Source of the DNA: Candidatus Omnitrophota bacterium | GTDB lineage: Bacteria; Omnitrophota; Gorgyraeia; Gygaellales; Profunditerraquicolaceae | Reading direction: 5' to 3' | Length of the DNA: 64,000 bases | Assembly (NCBI GenBank): GCA_003598025.1 | Contig: QZKH01000005.1 | Span: 4,682 to 68,681, forward strand | Shown here: piece by piece, positions 30,001-42,000 of the stretch | Position numbering within the stretch: the first letter of the stretch is position 1 | How the letters are laid out: each line of letters begins with the position of its first letter | Notes under the pieces: generated by a model | Databases searched by the model: none | Seen by the model: only the letters and a program-made list of their open reading frames with translations | What the model was told of the DNA's origin: nothing | Position numbers and translations under genes: made by a program

Positions 30001-33000
30001 TGGAGAGACTTGTGGATACATTATGAGCGCGCGGGTTATTCCAGGAGAAGAATTATTAAAGGCATTATTGAGGGCGAATTCCCTGAAGCCAGGGGGTTAT
30101 TGAAAGAAATACGCTGGTTGCTACTTAGTGCTTTTGCCGAAGAGTTGAAGATATTAGAGAGTGATAGTGCAAATATTACCAATGCGGTAAATTGTTGGGT
30201 CGATATTTTGAGCGGCGTTGAGATTGAGAAGCTGCTTTTTGGATTTGGTTTAAACAGTTTTATGTTGGGTAGTTTGAGTGGCCAGGGCATATCCGGCTTG
30301 TTGGCCACTAAAGCCAAAGCAGAAAGAGTTGGGGTAGATACATTTTCTTATAAAGAGCGCGGAGATTTCATTAATTATGCTCAGTGGCTGACAGGTTCGG
30401 CCGGCAGAAAATCAGCTGAGCTAGACAGGATTTCTGAAATATTAAGGCATATCAATCAAATTAGTGATGCCGAGGATAGGGACGACAGATTGATGTATTT
30501 ACTTTCCGCCATGGAGGATAAGTTATTACAAAGGCTTGCAGTTATGCATGCACCGATAATCAGGGACCCGTTGTATCCTTCGTCTGTAGATATGCATCTG
30601 CATTCAGCATATTCTGACTGCGCTTCGGACTCAGTCGCGCATATGGTCTATGAAGCTTATCGCCGGGGATTAAAGACAATCGCTATCAGCGATCATCAGA
30701 GTTTTGATGGGGTGATGAAGGCGTTAGCTATCGGAGAGTTATTCGGTGTCAAGGTTATCCCAGCCGTTGAACTTTACACAGGTGTTTATAGAAACGGAAG
30801 TGTCCAGGAAAGAAGGGATATATTGGTTTATTTCCCCGATGTCGATAATTTTAAGAGTTGGTATGAAGGCGGGTTTGATGATAAAACAAGGGAGATATTC
30901 AGCGATGGATGGGATAGGCATAAGGATCAGTGTTTGTGGGGTAATGTTGACGTGCATAGGGTAGTTGCCTGGGCAAAGGAGCATGGCGGCATACCGGTTT
31001 TAGCCCATCCCGGAAAATGGCATAGAGAAGTTTATGAGACTAGCTCATGGCCATACAGGGACTTTGAAGAGTTATTTATTGATACAGGGCTTTTAGGCAT
31101 AGAAATCAGCCATCCATTTATCCCTGCAGAGAAAACTATATTTTATCTGGATATGATAAGGAAATTTAACAGACTGCACCCGGAATCGCCGCTTATTTTC
31201 ACCGTAGGGACCGATGCGCATAACACCTATAATATAGGTAAAGGAAATATGTCTTTAACTGTAGTCAATATGATTAGCCGGTATCTAAGAGATAATCCTT
31301 CTCTGGTAAATCCGTTTTTGGGGGATATAAACCAGGTTCACTCAAGCTCACCGATACTTACTGATTCAGTCAGAGCGCAAGATGTATTAAGGGCATTTAG
31401 CCTGGGGCCGGATCATGCCAGTTTAGAACTATTAAAGTTTTTTGACGGACAATTAACTAGTAGATTGACAAGAGCTGAGAGAAGGGATTTGCTTAAAGCC
31501 TGGGAAAAAATATTAGTTTCTTACCCGGAGCAAATTATTAGCACCAGAAGGCATGCTTTACGGACAGCTTTAATTGCCATCTTTATTGCCAGGCATCTTC
31601 CGTTGACAAGAGAGAGCCTTATTGACTTAGTCACTGCTGCGCTTGCTCATGATTTAGGCAAGGGTTATGATAGTGAGATGATAGAAGTGGTTAACAAAAG
31701 ACGCAGGCTTAACGAAGATGAATATGCAATCATAATCAGCCATGTGAATAAATCCTTCAAAGTTTTGGGCAGGAAGAAGATAAGAATATCGGATTCTGCC
31801 GCCAAGGCAATATCAAGGCACCATCCGCGCTATTTAGAGAAAAGAGAAAGATTCAGGGTTATTGATTGGGTCTTGCATGTAGCTGATGAGATTGATGCGC
31901 GCCAGGATATGAGCCGGCCATGGAGAATAACCAAGAGAAAACTGCGCAGCTGGAACCCCGAAATGATACTTAATAATATCTCCGGTTTGAGCCTGCCGGG
32001 TAACATTTATATGGCGGTTGCGGCTTTAGTGCTGAACAGGGATAAAGAATATATCGCAGTCATAAGCGATACTTACCGTTGGTGGCAATATCTTTTACTA
32101 AAATATTATTATCTGTCTGGGTTAAGCTGGTTAAGAAGGATCTTCGGCAGGAAAATCATCGAAATCGGGATGAAATCTGGTGAAGACGAGGAAGATGTTA
32201 GTGCTTCTTCTCCAGTTAAGGATGGGATAAGTGAGACAATGCTCATATCGGGAAAATCAAAATTAGGTAGGCTTAAGTTTCTACCATTAGATGAAGAGGA
32301 GAAAACGGATGCTTTAAGAGGTTTAAGCTTGGTATTACCGGCCGTATTTGATGGAGGGAGGCATTTTCTTAAAATATCGCTTCGCAGAGAAGTTGGCGGG
32401 CGCGAAATAAATATATTACGAGAGCTTTATAGGTATGAATCGTTAAGGAATCATCTTCCTGATCGTTTTTATTCCGGGATACTTGATAGAGAAAGCAGGA
32501 GGGTCGTTTCCCGGTTTATGGATTACAACATAGTATTACAAGCCAAAACGGGATTTATTTTATTAAGCAAGGCCAGAGGTCTTGATTTATGGGAAGACCA
32601 GGAGAATATTTATGGAAGAGATGACTTAGATGCCAGGTCTAAAGAGCAGATGGTTCTGCAGCGCTTAATAAACATCGCAATGGCATTAGGCGATTTTCAT
32701 TCAAAGGGTGTTTTCCATAGGGACTTGTCAGAAGAAGAGGTATTTATAGATCCAGCCACCGGAGGCGTAAGTTTTATTGATTTTAATATAGCCGTGACAC
32801 CGGCTATAGGCATTGAATCATTAAAAGCTTTAGGTCTTGAGCAAACGGCTAAGTATAAAAATGGTAAACTTATTGATCCGAATTGGGACAGCCAAAAAAG
32901 AGATATAGCTCAATTGGCATTAATTGCTAAATCTTACTCCTATTTATTGCCAGCTGATTCTTTAGCCCGTCAGCGATTATATAGTTTATTTGGTATCGTT

Positions 33001-36000
33001 GCAGAAGAAAACTTTAATATCCCCGGTTTCATTGGGTTATTGCAGGCAATTAGTCGGTCCGTTTCTCCATCTCCTCAGGGACCGTTTCTGTCACTGACCA
33101 GAGAAGTGCCCCCTGAAGCCAGTTCTCCTGTAAGTGCCCCAAGCTATAGAATGACAAAAGAAGAAATTGATGCCTATACTGCTGGTTACGGCCAAAGGTT
33201 AGCAGAAGTACGCAGCTTACAAAAACTTTCTAAAGAAGAATTGAGTTTTCTGCTGAAAGAGAAAATAGAACCCTGGCAGTTAACCAGGTGGGAGCATGAA
33301 GCTGCGCCACCTCCGGCATTTCTATTAGAGCCTTTAGCTGAGATGTTAGGGGTTTCGGCAGGATATATCAGGGAGGGGGAAGGTCAAATCGACCGGGAAG
33401 CGTTAGAGGAAAGAGGCAGGCGCCATTTAAGGATTAAGAAAGTAAGAGAGTTATTCGGGTTGACTCTTGCAGAAGCAAGCCGTATTGCTAAATATAGAAA
33501 TTACGCATATTTAATGCGTATTGAGGGGGGCGGTACCTTCCCGCGTTACAGCGTTCTATTGGACATGATCAATAAAATATTCGACAGAGAAGTAAGCGCC
33601 CAGTATTTGATGATCGGGACTGATGAGCCTGATTGGTCAATGGTGGGGGTTGTTGATGGCTGGGCAGATAGGATTACTAATGTAATGAAAAAACTTGGTT
33701 TCTCGCAGGATAGCATTACTCGGGAAACCGGAATTGATGAAGGAAGATTTCGCAGGATTATAAGGGGGATAACCAGGCCGGCGATAACAGAGTTAAGAGA
33801 TTGCGCAACCATTATGGGCATTACACCAACATATCTAATAAAAGGTACAGATGAGCCTGACTGGCATTACGGCAGGAGAATAAAAAGCCTGATGGATAAC
33901 TATGGATGGAGTGCTCCAAGGCTTGCGAGAAGACTTAAGGTCAGCTCAACAACGGTTTATGCCTGGATTCATGAAAAATTCCCGCCTAGCTTCGGGCAGG
34001 CAGTTATTATCGCCGGATTATTTGGAGTAAGACCGGAATATATATTAACCGGAATAAACCCTCCGGAAATAAAAGTTAAAGAAGGCTATGGTGATAGGAT
34101 TGCCAAGGCAAGAAAAAAACAGGGATATTCTCAAGCATATGTCGCCTTGTTAGCCGATATGAATCATCTTACATTCTTTAAGCTTGAAAATGAAAGTTAT
34201 GGTATGTCCGTACGAATAGGTCTACTTAAGCGAGTCGCAAAGGCATTGGGCGTAGACAGCCAATATGTTTGCCTTGATTTAAACCCTCCTGATTGGGATA
34301 AATTCGGCGTAACAAGTGGCTATGGTAAAAGGATCAGAAAGGTGAGGGAAGCGCTAAGGATGACTATGCCTGATTTAGCCGCAGAAATGGATGTTTCAGC
34401 AGAGAAGATCTTAAAATGGGAACAGGAGCGCCTTGAATGGCCTAACCATAATGTGATCGCTGAGTTTGCCCAAGCACTCTATGTGCCTGTAGAATACTTG
34501 AAAAACGGTTCCTGGAGAAGCGCATATAAGGATTTTGGTATAAGCCCAGGATGGGGGGAGAGGATCCGTTCCTATAGAGAATTAAAAGGCTTATCAGAAG
34601 ATGATTTGGCCGATAGGCTGGGAGTAGATGTTTATACAGTACAGAGATGGGAATCAGAAAAAGTTAATACCCCATACTCCAGGTTTAAAGCAATGGCAGA
34701 GATATTTGGCATACCCGTAATTCTTCTTATTCATCACACTGCCCATAAAAAGAATTTTCAGTCAGTTTCTGACAAAATATTATTACTAAAACTATACGGA
34801 ATAAGATTGAATTCCGCTCTCTTAAATACGAGCAACGATGAAATAAATGAGTATATTGATAAACAAGTCGTAGATTTATTAAATGACGGTAATGGCAGGC
34901 TCGAGAGCATGATACTTGGGCCCCTGTTTAAAGAGCCGTCAGTTGATATCTTCAGCGATCGTTCAGTGGCTTACCGTGTACTTATGCGCTCTGTCGCCGT
35001 TGATCCGGGGTTGATTCATGTGAAAATTAAAGATTTGCTTAGCGGCAGGAATGGACGGCTTTTAACCGGGAGAAAGCTTTTTTTCTTTCTTGGGCAACCA
35101 GCGGGAGAAGCTTTCTTGGCTGCTTTGAATTCACGCGGATACTCCTTGGACAGTGATTTGGATAGAATAAAATCCGAACACAAGGCATCATCGCCATTAT
35201 CGAGGGTTGCAGGGACCGCAAAATTCAGAAGAACATTGACAAAGTTGGAATTACCGGCAATCGTTGCTATTGACGGTTCAAGCAGTGTCGGTAAGACTAC
35301 CTTTTCCCGTAGTATAGAAAGAGGAGAAATAGACCTCGGCATAAATAACAGAATTTTAGTGATACACGGAGATGTGTGGGATAGCATAGCAAGAGATGCT
35401 TTATACTACAGGTTGGATTATCCGATAGCGAAACAATATAGGCCTATAGAAGAGTTATATAGAGCAGGATTGATAGATGATCGTACCCAAAGAGGGGATT
35501 TATTCCGCATGTTTTTTGATGCAGGGTATGAACAATTATTTTCCGTTCATAATATTGTTATTTTTGAAGTGGCAGGGGCAGTGAGCTTAATAAATGATGC
35601 TCTTTTGCATCATCCATTTGTATTCTTGCCCGCGAGGATTTTAACTTTTCGCATGAGCAAGGATGATAACGGGCGCAGGAGCATTGTCAAGAACGGCAGC
35701 TTTGAATCTATTGCTTACCGAAGGCTGAAGAAATACGGCCCTGCCGGGCTTGAGATATTAAAGCATAAGCGGTGTATAAGCTCGCCTTTAGATGCAGAAC
35801 CTGCGTTAAGAAAAAATAAGCATCATAGCCATGAACATAGTCTTTATCATACACATATACATACTGACCACTTGGGTAGATTGCGTTTTATCTTTGCTAT
35901 AACTTTTGGTTTTGCCTGGGTTGAGCTTTTTACAGGGATTATTTCAGGTTCGGTAGCCCTAACCGGAGATGCAGGGCATATGTTTACGGATGCGATGGGC

Positions 36001-39000
36001 ATAGGCGCAGCTTTGTTTGCCCATTGGGCAAATGCCTGGAGCAAGCCTCCTCCGAAAAAATACAATGGCAATACAATTTACGAAGTATCCGCAGCATTCC
36101 TAAATGGCATCACAGTACTAACAGCCTCATTTTATATCGGATACGAAGGTATCCGCAGGCTTCTGGGGCACCCGGCAGACCACCTTACCTACGAAATATT
36201 CATAATCGCTACATTAGGCTTATTAGTGAATACGGTTTCTGCAATAACCTTGCATTCCGGAAGAAATCATAATCTCAATTTTAGGGGAGCTTATAAACAT
36301 ATTGTCGCAGATATTGCCGGCTCTTTAGCTGCGATGATTGGAGGTCTGTTTATTTGGATTTCTGGAACATATAAAGTAGATGCCATATTGGGGATGGCGG
36401 TTGGCATCTGGATTTTTTATGGTTCTCTCGGGCTTTTAAGAGAATCTTTATCCGCAATAAGATATGTAAATAGTAAAGAGGAGGAAGAAAGTGTATCAAG
36501 CCCTGCTAACTCCGATAGCAGGTTAAGAGATGACAAGCTGAGTTCTCTCAGCAATATAATAAAAGAAGGCCGTATATTTGAAACCGACAGGATTTGGAGT
36601 AGCCTGCCTGCAACTTCCAATGATTCTATAAGGCAGGTTATGTTGCTGCAAGAAGATAGCCAGGGCGGTATTACAGTTACAGCCAGGAACGAAGATGGGC
36701 TTTTATTAGGTTATGTTGTAGGTGTTCCGGAAACAGTAAGATGGGGCGGCAGCTATGGCAGGGATAATGTTTTTTATCTTTATTCCTTATCTGTCCGCGA
36801 TGATTATTCGGGAAGAGGTATAGGGACTGCTTTATTAGGGCATATTTTAAGCCTTGCCAAAGACAAAGGGTTTTTAACAGCTACCGGAACTGTTGAGGGC
36901 AAGAACAGATTAGAGAGCGGAGCCGAACATATATTAACCGATAAATTTGGCGCCCGCCAGGTTGATTCAAAAGGCCTAAATCCTTTAGAAAGATACTGTT
37001 CATTAATGCTTGGTTTGCCGCAACAAGATGATGTTGAGTTGGAGATATCGCTTGCCAAAGACTCGCAGTGGTGGAGTTTAGTCAGTTCGCCATTAGGCAA
37101 ATTAGGAAGCAGGAGAAACCCAGTTGCTTTAACTTCGGGAAAAAGCGCCGTAGTAATTCTTCCTACTTATGAAGCAGACCATAATAAATATTTTTATAGG
37201 CCGGGGCATTCGGTTGCGATTGAGATTATCTCTCCTCTGGAAAGAGCAGGCTATAAAGTTAATACTATTGAAGTAAGTTCTTTAAATGAAGGGCTTGCGG
37301 CAATTCTAGCGCATAGTAAAGATGAGATCGATTTGTTTGTTTTGGCTATACATAGGTCTTTTGTCACCCCTGAGTTAATATATCAATTTCTAGACATTGC
37401 CAAGACAAGATTGAAGGATAAACCTACGGTAATTCTTTATGTTTGCAAAGGAGAAAAAATTGCCAAAGCCGCCAGGAGCATCCTTCATGAAAGCCGTATT
37501 TATTACGATAGAGGTAATATTAACGGGGTGGAGTTGTATTTTTCTCAGGATGGCATGGTTAATGATGTGGTCTTTAATAACACGCGTTCAAGGACGGCAT
37601 TGATTGTATTTGTAACATTGGTGCCTGTTGGCATTTTTGTCTGGGCCCTGGTTAAAGGAAGCCTGGTTTGGATGTTGTTATCAATAATAGGGGGCATTTC
37701 ATTTGCTGTGGCCTTGTGTGCCTGGGGGATGTCAGCCAGTATCAATTACGAAGCTCTGGATGCTCATATCCTTGAACACCAGCGCAAAAATGATGACCAG
37801 AGTAGCTCCCCTGTTACCGCAGCAGCTATGTTTAAAGCAGCGCAGAATTTCCCGGATTTTAGGGAAAGATTTGGATACATAGGTAATGCGTTGATTTATC
37901 TTGTTAATGAAGCCATTAAAAGAGGGTTGATTAAAAGCCAAGCGTCTACTGCACATTTTAAAGTTGCTGAGCGTTTAAAAAATGGTGTTATTGCCTGGAA
38001 TATCCCTGAGCAAGAGATAAGCAGGATTCTTTTTGAGAAAGATTATTTTAATCCTAACTATATAATCAGCCAGATCGTACTTCATGAGTCGCAACCAACA
38101 GAAGCGCAGGGGCTGCAAGCCCAGATAGATACTTTTATCAGTCAGCTGTCCATGGTAGAGCCGGTTAATAGGTTAAGAGGAGTGATAGCGAAAGTTAAGG
38201 CTATTGTATTTGGAGACGGGCATGCTAAATTGCAGGGATTTCGTAATGCCCTTGAGAGAATAAGGTATATTAAAAAAGGCGATTCCTGGCAAGGCGATTC
38301 CTGGCAAGGCGATTCCTGGCAAGATGATTCCTGCTTGGGTGAAAGAACACTTATCCAACTCGGAGATGTTATCTGGGGTGGGATTGGAGAAGAAGCTATC
38401 CAGATAGATTTTTACCATTACCTTAAATCTCTGTCTAATCAGGCACAAAATACTGGGGGTAAGGTGGTAAGAATTCTAGGAAACCACGAGTATGATTTAT
38501 ACGTAGCATATACTAGGGGAGAGGTAAAAGCCCCGGAATTTATTGGTCTTGCCAGAGAAGTAGAGGAAGATATTTTATCAGGGCAAGCTTTGCTGGCAAG
38601 CGAATGTAACGGAAGAATTTTTGTTCATGGCGGAGTATTACCTTATGTGTTAGTGGAGGCTTTTAGGCAAATGAATCCGCATCTTTTGAATCCAGAGATA
38701 GAGTTGAATGAGGCTGCTGAGTATATAGTTAGTAATTTAAGTCAGCATACGGCAAAAAGCATCGCTAAAAAACTGAATGAACTATTGCGTATAAGTGTTG
38801 AGAAGAGAAAACCGAATGCATTGGTGGGATTAGTATTACGTACTCCTTTTGATAACCTCGCTTCAGTGAGTGAAAAATTTCTCATTCCTCAGGTAGTAGG
38901 CCATATCCATCTTAAATCTATAAAACAGAGCCCAGGTGGCAAAGTCATCGATGTGGCTTTATCGGAGACAGATAATTTCTTCGGCCGGTCATATGAGGCG

Positions 39001-42000
39001 ATTGGATTTGATGGAGCGGATTGGGGGGTTGTTTCGTTAAACTCTATAAGAGAAGAAAACAGTGTGTTAGTCAGCTCTCCAGTTTATTCAGGAGATCTAG
39101 ATAGCTCTACCTTATCTTTACGTGCCATGGGTGTAACGGCGCTTATTTGGGCTATGGGCCAATTTTTATTTAATACCAAATACGGGATAATGAAAATGCC
39201 TGGCATTGCTTCATCTCCGGTAAAAAATGTTTCTGCCATAGATGATAATGCAAGAAAGTATTTTTCATTACATATCGATAACGAAGGCAGGATCACCCGG
39301 GCCTTAAGGATTATAAGCGGGATATTTCTGATTTCTATGTTGGCAACCGGGATGATTGATTTAACCATTCATACCAGCAGAACATTTATTCTGCATTATA
39401 GCCTTGTTTTTGGTTTTGCAATGTCCTTAATAGCATATTTTATAGCCAAAAAATCAGATTCGAAACGCATATCCAGAGAGTTGATTGCTCAGAATACAAT
39501 CAATCTTTCAAGTATTGAGGTAAAGAGACTGATTGGAAGGGCCTTAAGGGATAAATTTGACGGAAGTATGAGTTTTGTGATGAATGCAAGTTATATCCAC
39601 CCGTATCCTGTTGAGAGTATTCAAAGCAAGATAAAAAGCCTGGCTTCTTTTATCAGGTATTTTATAAGTCTTACAGAATTCAGGCTTTTCTGCCAGGAAT
39701 ATGAAGGAGAGAGCGATGACTATGGGATCATCCATCTCCCCGATATAACATTGGGAGCTAATGAATCTCAATTCCTTCCGTCGGGAAGGCTGAAGAAAAT
39801 AGAGATTGCTGATGCAACTTGGCCTGAAGTCAAAAGCGAATGGATTGTATTGTTACGAACTGAAGTTTTACCGCGGCTTAAACAGATATGGCTGAGTTTG
39901 CAAAGAATCCAAGGGCTGCCTGAGAATAGCGAACAGATCTGCCACAATATAAGCCTGATAAACTCGTTAAGCCAGGAAGTCGGCGATGAGATAGGAAGAT
40001 TAGCCAGGAGGTATTCAGAGATAAGAAGGCGCCAAGGAGCGAGTTCTCCGATACCCGGATGGGATAGGGTAATAAGGATAGCCAGGGCAATAGCTCCATC
40101 TTTATCTTCTAAGCCTGCTATTGTTGTCAGCAGGCAGGAAGAAGAACCCATGGAGGAACCAAGTGGAGAAGTGCAGAACCCGGAACCGCCGCCTACCATA
40201 ATAAATAAGGAAGAAGAGAGAAGAAGGATAGCCACGAAAGTAGCCAAAATTGTGTTTGGGCTTATAGATAATTGTTGGTTTGAAATAGCGGTTTTAGACC
40301 AGTCAGGCCCGTGCGCAGCGCTAATGAATTACAACGCAGCCGGTTTTCAGCAGATGGATGTATGGTCTAATGAAAACGACTGGACAATAAAAATTGCAAA
40401 AGAAGTTCAGTTGAGAAACAAAACAAAGTCAACTGAGATCAGGTCTTTTGAGATGGATTGGAATTCGGCTGATAAAACTCTGACAATTACTAATACTTTC
40501 GGAAGGAAACAAAAGAAAACTTTTAAGTTTTCCAAAGACCCTCTTTGCAGGCTGGATTTCTCTGCGCGTAAGAATAAGCTAAGTGTGGTTTTTTCAGCGC
40601 AAGCAGCCAGGGCTATAAATAATTCAGGCTTAAGCCTATCGGCTTTATACAGCGAAAGCGATAATTTCGGTTTAGAAATCAAAACTTCCAATAGCTCTAA
40701 CCATAATACAGCCAGCAGCCCTCTAGATAATAATTCAAATGCGGGCAGCATGCCAAACAGTAGATTTTATTATTATCCAGTTACAATACGTCCGGTGGAT
40801 AAATACAATAAATTTAATCCTGCCAAGGTTAAAGTTACATTTATTTCTGGAGAAGCTTATCTTGAAGTTATAGAAAGGGGCGATTTAAGCATAGAAGGGG
40901 AAGCGATATTAAAGCAAAGATTGCGGGATATGCTTGTGTATAGGCCAAATGCTCCTCCTGCGGAAATATTGATTACCCCGGAGACTTCTATTATTGAGAG
41001 GCGCAGAGTGATTGCAGAGTACGATTCTGAAACAAGGGAAATACTATTACAACCATTATTTGTGGATAAAGATGAAGAAATCATTAGTTTATTTAATATT
41101 ACCCCGCCGTACGCTCCTAAGCTACCCGATATCCTATATTTTACTAGTACAGGTTTTGATAATCTTAGGATGGAGACTATAAATTTGTTCAATGTCAACC
41201 CTTTGCAGGCCAGCCAGTTTCTAATGTCTGTCTTAAGAACCGAGTTTGGTTATCTTATTGGTTTAGATTGGGGAGAGGGTGAAATTGATACTTTGGGGTG
41301 GTTACAATCACCAAATAATTTAGATTACCTGGAAGTTAGCATAACGATACTCAGAACTCGTAGAGAAGTATTGGCTGTTGGGGATTGGTTAAATAAATTA
41401 TTGCTAATGCGTTTATCCCAAGAAGCAATCGGATTATTCCCGGTTTTTCCGATACAAGAACGAGGATCTCATATTGTTAATGGCAGCATATTAATGGGGC
41501 CAGTGGAGGGCGTTGATTATATAGATGATAATTGGACAGGCCTATTATGGGATACAGATAAGCGGATAAAACCCGAAGAATTAGATAGGATGATAACCGA
41601 AGTACTTGGCGTATTTGGTTTTAATATGTTGCAGGAAGATAATAGATTAGTGCAATCTATAACCAGGATAAGGTCGTATTTTACAGAGCGGATTAACTGT
41701 TTAGATAATGCTTTAATGTTGAGCTTATCGGAGATTGCCAATGCTTTACAGGATCCTGAGAGATTCGTAGATGTTCTACTAATAGAATTTGTATTTTTTC
41801 CATTATTTCTTCAGAGGGAGAAAATCGGAGATTGGGAGCATTATTGTCGAGATTTTGGTACTAGGCTAGATTCAGGATCTTGCTATGAGCTTTCTATCCA
41901 GAGAACAGCATTCTCGGTCTATAGCCAATTTTTCCATTCCCGAGAACAATTAGGTGGCTTTGTTACTGATTTTGCTCAAAGCATTAGAAATGATCCTAAT

